From the IMG/VR virus record IMGVR_UViG_3300017781_000010, positions 1 to 57,079 of that record: a stretch of DNA of 57,079 nucleotides; one strand, written 5' to 3'. Below, piece by piece: positions 17,019 to 27,649 of the stretch. Source of the DNA: a virus. Lineage: Duplodnaviria > Caudoviricetes. Numbering within the stretch: the first letter of the stretch is position 1; each line of letters begins with the position of its first letter. The notes under the pieces were generated by a model, which did not search any database, was not told the DNA's origin, and saw only the letters and a list, made by a program, of their open reading frames with translations. The translations under genes and the position numbers were made by a program.

Positions 17019-20000
17019 GCCTCTGACCAACGTAGAATAATGTTGGCTTCAACATCTGTACCTGTTGTTTTAAACACGTTAATTGCTAATACGTCTGGAC
17101 CATTCGGAAATGTACCTCTACCACCTAGTGTAGTATTTGTAAGTTCTTTCAATTGACTTAGATCTAAGTCAGCACGGGCACCCGGCTGTGCAATAAATGA
17201 TAGAACTGTTTCACCTGGTTGTCCGTATGGTGGTGAACTAAATTCAAGTGTAATAGTACCACTACCTGCTGTTAAATCTCCGTTTGCTGGATTATTAAAT
17301 TCAATCAAGTAATATTCTGTACCAGCAAAGTCTACTAGTTGAATTTTGTTAATAACTGTGTTCGCAGGCCAACTTGGTGATGAACTTGATGATGCTACTG
17401 CTGTACCATCTCTACCGCCACTTGCTTCCCAACTTGCTTTACTAATATATGCAAAGTTAGCATTTTCTAATGTACCATGTGATGTAATAGTCATTGCATT
17501 ACTACTATTTTGGTTAATGTTTCCGCTTAGTGTTTGTGATAAAAACAAGTAACCATAATTAGAACTAGCAGATATAAATCCACCATCAACTCTTGTATTT
17601 GATCTAATATTACTTCCACTAATTGTTTTACCTAGCACAGGATCTAAACTATCACTACCGAATGTTGCTCTGTAATCAGTACCACTTACGTACAAATATC
17701 TACTACCATTTCTTGATCTATATTGTCCTGAGTCAAGCACAGCATTTACACCTGCTTGTGCAGTAAGATTTGATGTAGTTGTAGTAGCACCAGTTGACCA
17801 TGTAATACCACCACCTGACGCAATCTGTGCGAAACTTGGTTGTCCACCTTGTGCAAGTCCACTTAGTCCTGTCCAACTAATCAATGCTGGGTTAGTAGGA
17901 TAGTTTTGTGGATTTAAAATACCTTCAATAACAATAGTACCTGATGCGTTTGCTTCTGATGTAACTTCTAGCGAACTTAGTAGCAACTGCGCTCTGTTTA
18001 GAAGTTCTCTATCTCCTAAATCACCAATAATAGCATTACTAACACTTGGTGCTAGTCTAATCATAAATGCTGTTTGTCTAACATTTGTAACTGTTAGTGC
18101 TTGTTCTGTGTAAGAGAAAATATAACCACGGTCTTCATCAAAGCCGCCATCTGTAATAAACGCACTACCCCAGTGTGATATAAGTGGTGTACATGTATTA
18201 CTGATTAAAATTACACCTGTTCTAGCATCGTGTGACGCACCTGTTCCTGCTGTATAACTACGTGCCGCACCTGCTTGGAAGTTTGTAAGTGTTGCGGCTC
18301 TTGTACAACCTGTAAGTGAATTAGTTGCTGTATCTGTACCTGTGAAACTAATAAGTTCGTTGTCAATATATACTGTACCTGAGTCTGGAAAGAAACCAAC
18401 GTCTGTTAACGGTATGCTTGCTTGAGTTGCATCAATATCACTTGCTAGTTTACCGTTTTGTCCTTCGTTAGTAATCTCATAACGCACAGGCAAGTTACCT
18501 GAACGCATATATGCTTCAGTATTAATGTTTGAGTTTCTAATTCTGTGAGCATATACAAAGTTACCGTCGGCACCACGTACCATAAAGTCAATAAAACCAG
18601 CACCATACCATGAATATTCAATTCCAATCATCTGCATTTTAGCAGGATCAAAATCGTATCCACTTGGACCTGTTCCGTCTAACCTATCTAAGTTCCAATC
18701 AGTTTGTCTAACTTTCTTATCTGATACTAAACACACTTTTGTTCCAACTGCCGCATTTACTCCACGATAGTCTGGTGTAACTGTCATTGATGTTTGAGTT
18801 GCAATTCCGCTAATAACATGAGTCATTCCACGTATAACAATTCTATCACCTGCTTTAAGTTGATCTCTAAATCTTGTATTTGTTCCAGTTACAGTATTTG
18901 TATCTGGAGTAATTGCCGCTGTACCTGAAATTTGTTTAGTCGAAGTACGCTGACAGCATAATAAGTTTGTACCATCATATTCCCAATAAATTCCGTTTTG
19001 ATCATCAAATACACCTGAACGCACTGTTGCACCGTGCCACTGGAATGTTGACATTTGAGCACCAAAACTTAATACTGCTGACGTACTGCCTAGTCTGTTA
19101 AGTGTGTTAATTACTTCAAATGTACGTTCGTCAATAACATCATTAACTGTATATGTACCATTATAACCAACAGTTTCAATACCAATTAGTTTAATCTTTG
19201 AACCAATTTGTAAACCATGATCGTTATCATCACATGTTACAGTAATTGTTGATCCTGTTTCTACACCATCTGCTGTACATGTACGTAAGTCATAACTTGG
19301 AGCAAACAATGCACCAGTTGTGTACATAATACCTTTACCTGACTGGTATCTAATATATTTTTTACTTTGACGTATTGCTTGAGCACCGTGTTGTGGACCA
19401 CCTGTTCCTAATTGTACACCACCATCAAATGGTCTGTGTATAAAGAACGAATCTGGTCTTGGATAAACTGTACCGTTAATATTATCACTGTTAGCATCAA
19501 TAGCACCTGCCGCTCTAGCAGTAAATGTTAGAGATGTTGCACTTGGTATAGTTGTTGCAATAAATGATCCTGCCGCTAAGTCATGATTATTACTTCCATC
19601 GTCTGAATCAACTGTAGTAATAAATGTATCCCCTGGTACTAAACCATGTGCAGTGTCAAAGTTAATTCTTAAAGTAGCCAATGCACTAAAACTAATATCT
19701 AAAGTAGTTGGAAGAATTGCAGTAGTAGGAGTATCAATTGTAACTGTGCTATATAAATCAAAACTAGTTCCTGCAAAAGCATCACCAGTTGCTGTAAAGG
19801 TTAATACTGCACCAGCACTATCAACAGAATCTATAACTATGTTTACATCATGTACACTTGTACCACCTAAATTTTCGCCGCCAATTTTAACTTTATCACT
19901 TACGTTATAATTTCCGCCGCCTGCATTAAGAGCAAATGTATATGTACCTAAACTACTATCTGCCGCAGTACCATCTCTTAAAACATCTAAACTAAATCCA

Positions 20001-23000
20001 TTACCTGTTGCACTTGCTGTATTTGCTGTAACATTTGCAAAACTAGCAACATCAGTACTTGCTGTACCAGCAGATCCTATTGTTGTAATACCGCCTGTGC
20101 CATTAACGCCGGTAATGGTTAATGTCAAATCGTTTGTAGGTGTAGCACCTGCAAGCAAGTTACCTTCAACTATAAATTTTTGTCCTGTATAATATTCTTG
20201 TCCTGGTTGTGCAAGGGTAGTTGTATATACACCTCCTGCAAGAGCAACGTTAAATGTTGCACCATTACCTACAATACTGCCTGCTGATTGTCCAGCAAGT
20301 GCGCCTACGTTTGCCGCAGTACCTGAAGGAGTAAGTGTTAAAATTGTACCACTACCATCAACACTGTCTACAGTAATTGTACAATCGTTAGCAGGAGTAG
20401 CACCGCCTAAGTCTGTACCTAAAATTACAACAGTTTCATTTGTTACAAAGTTTGCACCTGCATTGTTTACAACTGCTGTATATGTAGTTCCTGTTCTAGT
20501 TACATCAAATGTAGCACTTGTACCACTTGCACTAGGTGTACCTGTAACTGCTGTATAGGTTTCTATTCCATCTGGTGCTGTACCAGTTGTTGCATAGTTA
20601 GTAATACCACCACCGCCGTCAACAGCCGTAATTTCAATAATTGCATCGTTTGTTCCGTCAGCGCCTCCTGAGAAACTACTACCTTGAATTTTTAATCTAT
20701 CTGCAATCGCATATCCGCTTGTAGATTTAACTGCTGTACCTGTAGCATTCACAGTTAAAATTCCACCTGCTGTTAATGTTGAATCATTATTAACATCAGT
20801 AATTGTTAGTGTTAAATCGTTATCTGGAGTTGCTCCGCCTAAACTTGTACCTTGAATAGTAATAGTTTGGTTAGGTGCATAGTTGTTACCTGCATTACCA
20901 ACAGTTACTCCGTAAGTTTCAGTAAGTCCGTTAATAACAATGTCAAAGTCTGCTCCTGAACCTACTAAATTAACTCCATTAGCAATACCTGTGTAAGAGT
21001 GACTGTTAACTGCTGTACCACTAGTAGTAAATGTTAAAATTTCACCGCCTGTATCAACTGTATCTATTGTAATTGTAATATCGTTTGCTGGGCTTACTCC
21101 ACCAACTTCTGTACCTGCTACTGTTACTGTATCTCCGCCGGCAAACCCTGTACCAGTAACTGTAAATACCGGAGTGTATGTTGTACCGTCTGTCCCGACA
21201 TTTAAGTTTGCACCAATACCGTTATTGTTTGTACTAAATGTTACATTGGTAAAGTTATTGGCCGCGTTTGCACCATTACCTGTTACACTTACTCCTGTTG
21301 GATATCCATTACTATCAACACTTGTTACAGTAACTTGTGCATCATTATTTGGAGCAGTACCACCTAAGTTATTACCTGCAACCTCAATTATATCATATAC
21401 GCTATAACCTGTTACGCCTGTGTCTGCTGGATCTACTGTTACTGAATATGTATTGTTTGTAACAACAAAATCAAGTAACACTCCTGTACCAGACCCGCCA
21501 CTTACTTGTCCGTTTTGTGAAGGAAAACTTGGATTGCTTAATGTTACACTATTAAATACTCCGCCTGTATATCCTACATTCCAAAGACCGCCTGTACCAT
21601 TTCCGTTTTGATATGTTCCAGTTACATTACCAAATGTTCCTGTACCGTTAAATGCAGTACCTGTTAATGTTACTGTTAAAATTTCTCCGCCAGTATCTAC
21701 TGTATCAACTGTGATTGTTAAATCGTTTGTAGGAGTTACACCTCCTAAAAATTCACCTTGAATTTCTAAAACATCACCAACTTCATAATCTTGTCCTGAG
21801 TTTACAATTTCAACAAGACTATAAGTTCCGCTTGCTCTACTAATACTTAAAGCGGCACCATAGCCTAAACTTACAACATTTTGTCCTGTTACTCCTGTAT
21901 ATTGTACTAAGTTACCTTTGACATCGCCTGTTGTTGCATCACTAAAAGTAATTGTATTTCCTACAACAGTGTTTACAAGTGTAGCACTACCGTCGCCTTT
22001 ATTTGCCGCCATATTTTGTTGAATACCTGTAGCATTTTGTACATCAATCTGTGTTGTGCCTGGACCATAGTCTGCTGTAACTACTGGAGTTACTGCAACT
22101 CCTCCTGTACCAACTTTACCAGTTACCTGTGTACCTAAAGCAATACCTGAAGATGCTGTCATCGGAGCACCAATTTCAGGTGCACCTCCTGATTGCACTG
22201 TAAATGGAATTACATCTTCGCCTGATCCAACAGTCAATGCTGGTCTTATAACACCTGAACTACCATTACTTTCAACAGTAAATGATGGAACACCAATACT
22301 TGCTCCTGTATAAAATCCTGCTTGTCTTAGTTGTGTTGCTTCTGCTTCAATGTTTACATCGCCACTTGTACCAACTTTTGCTTTTGCATAAAATTGAAAA
22401 CTAATTGCGTTAGGAACTGCAATAATAATAAATGCACCTTCTGCTCTACTATAACCTTGTACGTCTTGCTTTAAACCTTTAATAGTAACAGCATCACCAA
22501 GTTCAAATCCGTGAGCACCTGCTGTATTAACTGTAATTAATGAACTACCAACTCCTGCTGTACCTGCACTACTGTCTGATACAACACTAATCACACTTGT
22601 TTCTGTTCCTGGTACTTCATATACTGATGGATAGCCACGCATTGTTGCAATAGCACTCCATTTAGTAGGCTGAAGTCCATATTCAAAGTCAGCATCAAGC
22701 ATTGACATCGGTTCAGCAGTTCTATTTCTTTCAATAGCATCTGTACCAAACTCAAATGGTCTAATAATTAATTCATCTGTATCTACATATATTTGTAGTT
22801 TGTCTACATTTAATTGTGTTGATGTATTTTTGTTTAAGTAAATTTTTGTAATTGCATCAGTTGTTTGTAAGTACTTTGGAAAGTCCTCATCATCTTTATA
22901 AGCAACGTCATTAGTTGAAACAAATGCTGTTGCTAATTCTGTAACACCGCCAGCGTTTACATCATTGAATGAATATATAACTTCGTTATTTGTAGTATTT

Positions 23001-24430
23001 GTTATTAATAATATATCACTAGAATCATAATTTCCTGGAAACTTAATATATCCTGCTCCGGTATCAACAAATGCAGGTCTTGCACTAAGGCCGCCTTCAA
23101 TAGTTGTTACTACTAATGATCCTAAATCAGTAATCGGAGTATCAGCACCTGCTTCTGCATCGGTTCCTGTAATTGTTTGTGTTGTTACTGATTGTTCGTT
23201 TGGATATGTAGTTTTGTTTAAAACAAAATCTTTGATTAATGCTGTTAGCCAACTATGCGTATCTGTTTCTGGATAGCGAGATCCGTCAACTTGAGCAACA
23301 TCACCTTCCCAATATTTACTTGCATAGTCATATGTTTTCATGTTGCCGCCGTAGCGTAAATCAAACAAGTAAGCGTTTAAAATTAATCCTGTATCTCTTT
23401 CACATTTTGCTTGGTTAAATGTGTAATTGTAAAATCCGTTTACACTAGTTGCAACAGTACTTTTATTATTTTCTAAATCAGTTGCCGCCGCTTGTCCTGC
23501 CGCAGGTTCATCACTATAATTAGGATATACTGGGGTAGGTAAACTTCCTACAGTACCGTTAGCAATAACAGTTTGTGTATCTAAAACATGTTGTCTAGTT
23601 CTATCACCTAAAACTGTACTTGCTGATGTACCTGAAGTGTCTTGTGTTAATGTATTTCCTGTAGTACGTGCAACAGAACTACCTTCAACAATTTGTTTCA
23701 TAACTGTTGCTAGTCTAGTCATGCCGTCACCTAACAATGATCTATTTGCTGGTGCTGTTAGTACATAAATTTCTTCATTAATTGTTTTAGTTAAATTATT
23801 TGCTGTTGTTGATACGTCTTGTGTAATACAATCTAATAATAAACCTAAATTAGTTTCAAAGTCTGCCGCAGTTGTAATTGTATTACCTGGAGTATCAGCA
23901 TCCATAAATGCTTTTACTTCTGCAATCATAAATGCTTTATTATTTTTTATTCTTGAAACTGCATATCCAATATTAATTTCTGTTTCGCCTGTACGTTCTG
24001 AAGTTACTAAAGCCGTTGCTGAAGAAAATCCATTATCAGCAATGTCTATGATTTCATCAATAGCATTTTCCATTGCTGTTTGATATGTGCTTGTTACATT
24101 ACTTAATGCCGCAAGTGCAGTTTTTAATCTTGCTAATGTTCTTTTACGTGTTAATTTTTGATTAATAGTTTTATTATATTCAATTTGCCCCCAAAGTCTT
24201 TGAGTAGCAGTTGTTCCTAAAACCATTTCTTGTTCTAAGTCATCGATTAAAGAAATTATGTCTGCTTGAAATGCTGTAGCATCACTTACTCTTTGAGTAA
24301 TAAACTCTCCAGTTTCTGCTTGTAAAAATGCCTTGTTTGCATTTAATAGTGCATAAGCGTTTGGAAATAAATTTTCTGTGTAACCTATTCCTGGTTTAAA
24401 CTTATAATTATTAATTTTCTTCTTTGCCAT
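17009..24430 (-). CDS. Giant (2,473 aa) virion fibre/baseplate-associated protein with about 8 beta-rich repeats
   Basis: G/T/S/N-rich; repeats 'G..LGG.TP.ND.TIT(V/I)D.VD..G.I'; lectin-like C-terminal region; helical N-terminal region with 'KCERD...DLRYGGN'. Confidence 0.75.
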   Translation of the reverse strand: MAKKKINNYKFKPGIGYTENLFPNAYALLNANKAFLQAETGEFITQRVSDATAFQADIISLIDDLEQEMVLGTTATQRLWGQIEYNKTINQKLTRKRTLARLKTALAALSNVTSTYQTAMENAIDEIIDIADNGFSSATALVTSERTGETEINIGYAVSRIKNNKAFMIAEVKAFMDADTPGNTITTAADFETNLGLLLDCITQDVSTTANNLTKTINEEIYVLTAPANRSLLGDGMTRLATVMKQIVEGSSVARTTGNTLTQDTSGTSASTVLGDRTRQHVLDTQTVIANGTVGSLPTPVYPNYSDEPAAGQAAATDLENNKSTVATSVNGFYNYTFNQAKCERDTGLILNAYLFDLRYGGNMKTYDYASKYWEGDVAQVDGSRYPETDTHSWLTALIKDFVLNKTTYPNEQSVTTQTITGTDAEAGADTPITDLGSLVVTTIEGGLSARPAFVDTGAGYIKFPGNYDSSDILLITNTTNNEVIYSFNDVNAGGVTELATAFVSTNDVAYKDDEDFPKYLQTTDAITKIYLNKNTSTQLNVDKLQIYVDTDELIIRPFEFGTDAIERNRTAEPMSMLDADFEYGLQPTKWSAIATMRGYPSVYEVPGTETSVISVVSDSSAGTAGVGSSLITVNTAGAHGFELGDAVTIKGLKQDVQGYSRAEGAFIIIAVPNAISFQFYAKAKVGTSGDVNIEAEATQLRQAGFYTGASIGVPSFTVESNGSSGVIRPALTVGSGEDVIPFTVQSGGAPEIGAPMTASSGIALGTQVTGKVGTGGVAVTPVVTADYGPGTTQIDVQNATGIQQNMAANKGDGSATLVNTVVGNTITFSDATTGDVKGNLVQYTGVTGQNVVSLGYGAALSISRASGTYSLVEIVNSGQDYEVGDVLEIQGEFLGGVTPTNDLTITVDTVDTGGEILTVTLTGTAFNGTGTFGNVTGTYQNGNGTGGLWNVGYTGGVFNSVTLSNPSFPSQNGQVSGGSGTGVLLDFVVTNNTYSVTVDPADTGVTGYSVYDIIEVAGNNLGGTAPNNDAQVTVTSVDSNGYPTGVSVTGNGANAANNFTNVTFSTNNNGIGANLNVGTDGTTYTPVFTVTGTGFAGGDTVTVAGTEVGGVSPANDITITIDTVDTGGEILTFTTSGTAVNSHSYTGIANGVNLVGSGADFDIVINGLTETYGVTVGNAGNNYAPNQTITIQGTSLGGATPDNDLTLTITDVNNDSTLTAGGILTVNATGTAVKSTSGYAIADRLKIQGSSFSGGADGTNDAIIEITAVDGGGGITNYATTGTAPDGIETYTAVTGTPSASGTSATFDVTRTGTTYTAVVNNAGANFVTNETVVILGTDLGGATPANDCTITVDSVDGSGTILTLTPSGTAANVGALAGQSAGSIVGNGATFNVALAGGVYTTTLAQPGQEYYTGQKFIVEGNLLAGATPTNDLTLTITGVNGTGGITTIGSAGTASTDVASFANVTANTASATGNGFSLDVLRDGTAADSSLGTYTFALNAGGGNYNVSDKVKIGGENLGGTSVHDVNIVIDSVDSAGAVLTFTATGDAFAGTSFDLYSTVTIDTPTTAILPTTLDISFSALATLRINFDTAHGLVPGDTFITTVDSDDGSNNHDLAAGSFIATTIPSATSLTFTARAAGAIDANSDNINGTVYPRPDSFFIHRPFDGGVQLGTGGPQHGAQAIRQSKKYIRYQSGKGIMYTTGALFAPSYDLRTCTADGVETGSTITVTCDDNDHGLQIGSKIKLIGIETVGYNGTYTVNDVIDERTFEVINTLNRLGSTSAVLSFGAQMSTFQWHGATVRSGVFDDQNGIYWEYDGTNLLCCQRTSTKQISGTAAITPDTNTVTGTNTRFRDQLKAGDRIVIRGMTHVISGIATQTSMTVTPDYRGVNAAVGTKVCLVSDKKVRQTDWNLDRLDGTGPSGYDFDPAKMQMIGIEYSWYGAGFIDFMVRGADGNFVYAHRIRNSNINTEAYMRSGNLPVRYEITNEGQNGKLASDIDATQASIPLTDVGFFPDSGTVYIDNELISFTGTDTATNSLTGCTRAATLTNFQAGAARSYTAGTGASHDARTGVILISNTCTPLISHWGSAFITDGGFDEDRGYIFSYTEQALTVTNVRQTAFMIRLAPSVSNAIIGDLGDRELLNRAQLLLSSLEVTSEANASGTIVIEGILNPQNYPTNPALISWTGLSGLAQGGQPSFAQIASGGGITWSTGATTTTSNLTAQAGVNAVLDSGQYRSRNGSRYLYVSGTDYRATFGSDSLDPVLGKTISGSNIRSNTRVDGGFISASSNYGYLFLSQTLSGNINQNSSNAMTITSHGTLENANFAYISKASWEASGGRDGTAVASSSSSPSWPANTVINKIQLVDFAGTEYYLIEFNNPANGDLTAGSGTITLEFSSPPYGQPGETVLSFIAQPGARADLDLSQLKELTNTTLGGRGTFPNGPDVLAINVFKTTGTDVEANIILRWSEAQA
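19790..21780 (-). repeat. About 8 degenerate protein-level repeats (roughly 70-110 aa spacing) inside the 2,473 aa gene
   Basis: e.g. GEFLGGVTPTNDLTITVDTVDTGGEIL, GTEVGGVSPANDITITIDTVDTGGEIL, GTDLGGATPANDCTITVDSVDGSGTIL, GNLLAGATPTNDLTLTITGVNGTGGI. Confidence 0.8.
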
Positions 24431-24433
24431 TAA

Positions 24434-25369
24434 TTATACCCCAAGTGCAATCGCTAATGCTGTTGATGTGTTGTCTACGTACTTCTTATTACTTATGCCA
24501 TTTGCAGTGGTTGGTTGACTAGCAACGGTTCCTGAAGTAAACGCTCCAGTTGATGCTGTTGTTGCACCAATTGTTGTATTATCTAGTGTTGTGTTAACTA
24601 CTGCTACATTTGAGCCAGCGGAATCAAGTGTTCCTAAAATAACATCATTAATAATAAAATCTATTTTATTTCCTGCTCGTAAAACAATATTTGTTCCTGC
24701 ATTGAATTCTGCAACACCTAAGCCGTTAACACTTAATGAATCACCTGTAAGTTTTCCTTGTACTGCTAAATCTCCAGTAACTGTGCCGTTGCCGTTTATT
24801 GTTAATTCTGTTGCTGTAGTTGTCTGTAAAGAAGTTGTACCTGTTGCTGTTAAATTTGCAAAAGTAGCATCAACTGCTACTGCATTATTTACAGTTATTG
24901 TTCCTTTTACACTACCTGTTGAATTACCATAATATAATGTATCGGGTGCATCTGAAGGAATAGTAAATACTAATTTTCCTGTAGTGTATCCTTGAGCCGC
25001 GGCTCCATCTGAAATAGTACCGTTATCTGCTTGGTGTTGTATTCCAGTATTATATCTTACTAATCCGGTTGCATCTAATATGTTAAATGTAATTGGTGCA
25101 CCAGATAAATTTAATGTAAATGTATATTCTTGTCCACGCTGTACAGAAATAGTTGGATTGTCTCCACTACCAACAATTACACTATCACTAGTAAGTCTAA
25201 ATTGACCATTTACTTCTGTTACTGTATAATCGCCTGCGGCTGATCCACCACCACCGCCAGCACCTGCCGCATTGATTGATGTTGCAGTAATATTACCTAA
25301 TTTGTCTACAGTGAAGCCTGGACTTTTAAATCCAAATTCTGATTCAAATTGACGTTCTTCTATGGCCAC
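24434..25369 (-). CDS. Virion fibre-associated protein with cupredoxin-like beta domain and 'ALAIALG' C-terminus
   Basis: 'NPTISVQRGQEYTF...FTIPSDAPDTLYY'; 'NKKYVD...TALAIALGV'; GTG start with GGAG RBS. Confidence 0.65.
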   Translation of the reverse strand: MAIEERQFESEFGFKSPGFTVDKLGNITATSINAAGAGGGGGSAAGDYTVTEVNGQFRLTSDSVIVGSGDNPTISVQRGQEYTFTLNLSGAPITFNILDATGLVRYNTGIQHQADNGTISDGAAAQGYTTGKLVFTIPSDAPDTLYYGNSTGSVKGTITVNNAVAVDATFANLTATGTTSLQTTTATELTINGNGTVTGDLAVQGKLTGDSLSVNGLGVAEFNAGTNIVLRAGNKIDFIINDVILGTLDSAGSNVAVVNTTLDNTTIGATTASTGAFTSGTVASQPTTANGISNKKYVDNTSTALAIALGV

Positions 25370-25388
25370 TTAACACTCCAGTTTTATA

Positions 25389-25396
25389 TATTTATC
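25389..25396 (-). promoter_or_regulatory. Late promoter GATAAATA
   Basis: Upstream of the RBS and start at 25369. Confidence 0.6.
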
Positions 25397-25406
25397 TAAC
25401 AATGAT

Positions 25407-25796
25407 TTAGGTGTGACTCTTAAAATATGTAGCACTAAAGGACGCTTTACAGCCCTTTTGTGCATCTGTTTTTGGACTTAAAATTAGTTCAACATAAGAA
25501 TTAGTAACCTGTGCAGTTACATTCACTAAATCAGTAGTTGTGCTTGCTCTGCCGTACACTACTACGCTTGCTTCATTTGGTGAAGCCGTCAATAAACATT
25601 TAATAATTTCTTTTTTATCTACGCCAAGTTCAATACTAATAGTGTATTCAGCACTTGCAAAATCACCTGAAAACCATCTATCTAATGCTAAATTAGTTTC
25701 TACTGCTTGCCACTGACTACCATATGAGAAATGGCTATCGTTCACAAGAATAGTTCCTCGTAACCCTTTTTTAAAGTACTTTAATATATCCATCAT
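25407..25796 (-). CDS. Hypothetical small beta-rich protein, probably virion associated
   Basis: 129 aa ORF with its own late promoter. Confidence 0.6.
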   Translation of the reverse strand: MMDILKYFKKGLRGTILVNDSHFSYGSQWQAVETNLALDRWFSGDFASAEYTISIELGVDKKEIIKCLLTASPNEASVVVYGRASTTTDLVNVTAQVTNSYVELILSPKTDAQKGCKASFSATYFKSHT

Positions 25797-25799
25797 AAT

Positions 25800-25833
25800 T
25801 CAAACTCGCTTTATAGTATTTATCGGAGTTTGA
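25800..25833 (-). promoter_or_regulatory. Hairpin (TCAAACTC/GAGTTTGA) enclosing late promoter GATAAATA (25817-25824) and masking the ribosome-binding region
   Basis: Perfect 8-bp inverted repeat; the 3' arm ends 3 nt before the ATG at 25796. Confidence 0.6.
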
Positions 25834-25843
25834 TAAAAGGCGA

Positions 25844-27646
25844 CTAAGTGTTTTTAACTGTAATTAACTTGCCAAACTCAGGTAGGTATAAGTATTCAAT
25901 TTCGCTATTTTGCAAAGTCCAGATAGCATCTTCAAGTGTTTCAACAAGTGGCTCTCCGCCTAAGTTAAAACTAGTATTGAAAATAATTGGGCATCCTGTC
26001 TTATTTTTAAATGCTTTAATTAAATCATAGTAATGTTTATTCTGTTCTTGTGTAACAGTTTGTATTCTACATGTACCGTCAACATGAATAATTGCAGGAA
26101 TTTTTTCTTCAACTCCTGGCTTACAATTTACAGCATACATCATACTAGGACTGTCTTCCATGCCACGTAAATCAAACCATTCATGCACATCGTCTTGTAA
26201 AATAGTACCAGCAAAAGGTCTAAAATATTCTCTATGTTTTACTGAATTAACATGATCTTTACCATTTGGATCTGTTGGATCGTAAAGCACACTTCTATTG
26301 CCTAATGCTCTTGGGCCATTTTCACTTTGTCCTTGGAATATAGTTACAATATTTTTGTTTGTAATTAATTCAACAACATCTTCGTGTGTAGCATCTGATA
26401 ATTCTACGCCTGCTTCTTTTGCTTTAGATACAATATCTTCAGGAGTATAATTATTATGCGGACCTAAGTATAATGTTTGTGTTTGACGTTTTTCTGTTTC
26501 ATCTTCTAACCCATACCAAAACATCATTGCGGCACCCATTGCAGTACCAGCATCATTACTTACAGGTTCAACATAAATTTTAATACCTTCGTCTTTTAGT
26601 GCTTCAAGGTAATGATAATTAGCAACACAGTTTAATCCGTATCCGCCACTAATTACTACATTCTTTTTGCCTGATAATTCAACAGCATTTCTAATAAGAG
26701 TTGTAACTTGATCTTGTGTTTCAGTTTGTACAGCATATGCTATATCTCTTCTATTTTGTAATAGAGTTAAATCGTCTTCTGGTGACTTTCCTGAAACTGC
26801 AAGTTCTCCATATAATCCTGAATTAATTAATGCACCGTTAGGATAATTAGGAACAACAATATTTCTATTTGTTAATGGATAATCTGTTGTGTCATCAAAA
26901 AGTTTTGGAAACTTATCATTAGGTTTTCCGTATGGAAATAACCCCATAGTTTTTCCTGCTTCAATACTTTGCCATCCGCAGTACATAGTTGCCGCTTCAT
27001 ATGCTTTAACAATACCTGCTCTATCACTTACTATTGCTGAGTGCTTACGTCCGTTTTCACCAAACTGTGTGCTATCCATTTCTACAATGCCACCTTGGAT
27101 AGGATCTCTTGTTCCGTAAACTTTATGCATAGTATTAAATGTAGCCGGGTAATCACAATCAATAATACTTTCTACTTCCCAACTCATTACTTGTTCATTA
27201 TTAACGCCAATAGGAACAAAAGTTCCTGCTCCGTCTACAATAACACTTACTGCACTATCAAATCCTGAACGATAAAATGCACAAGCACTATGAAGTTTGT
27301 GATGCATAAATGCAAGGTCAATTACTTGTGGATGCTCATATGTTGTTGCATTTGATTTTTTATCAATTAATCCAAGTTTACGTGCTAGTCCTGTATAAAC
27401 ATCGTCGCCGCTATAATCAACTCTACCTGCTGACTCTTCTAATTTTTGTGTATGTGCAACTACAAGATAATCTAATCTATCTGTGTATTCAAGAATTTTA
27501 ACCATACTCGCAAATGGTCCGCCGTCGTATTTTTGTCTACTTAAACGTTCTTCTTCTACAGCAAATATTACTTCGCCGTCTTTTAAAAGACAAACACCTG
27601 CGTTATGTCCTCTTGCAATTCCTGCTATCCATACTGGTTTGCTCAT
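25844..27646 (-). CDS. O-carbamoyltransferase (NodU/TobZ/CmcH family)
   Basis: 'GHNAGVCL...EEERLSR.K', 'HHKLHSAC.FY.SGF', 'VDGAG', 'AGKTMGL.PYG', 'SGGYGLNCVAN', 'DAGTAMGAA', 'E.GPRALGNRS', 'KHREYFRPFA', 'HVDGTCRIQTV', 'NTSFNLGGEPLV'. Confidence 0.93.
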   Translation of the reverse strand: MSKPVWIAGIARGHNAGVCLLKDGEVIFAVEEERLSRQKYDGGPFASMVKILEYTDRLDYLVVAHTQKLEESAGRVDYSGDDVYTGLARKLGLIDKKSNATTYEHPQVIDLAFMHHKLHSACAFYRSGFDSAVSVIVDGAGTFVPIGVNNEQVMSWEVESIIDCDYPATFNTMHKVYGTRDPIQGGIVEMDSTQFGENGRKHSAIVSDRAGIVKAYEAATMYCGWQSIEAGKTMGLFPYGKPNDKFPKLFDDTTDYPLTNRNIVVPNYPNGALINSGLYGELAVSGKSPEDDLTLLQNRRDIAYAVQTETQDQVTTLIRNAVELSGKKNVVISGGYGLNCVANYHYLEALKDEGIKIYVEPVSNDAGTAMGAAMMFWYGLEDETEKRQTQTLYLGPHNNYTPEDIVSKAKEAGVELSDATHEDVVELITNKNIVTIFQGQSENGPRALGNRSVLYDPTDPNGKDHVNSVKHREYFRPFAGTILQDDVHEWFDLRGMEDSPSMMYAVNCKPGVEEKIPAIIHVDGTCRIQTVTQEQNKHYYDLIKAFKNKTGCPIIFNTSFNLGGEPLVETLEDAIWTLQNSEIEYLYLPEFGKLITVKNT

Positions 27647-27649
27647 AAT

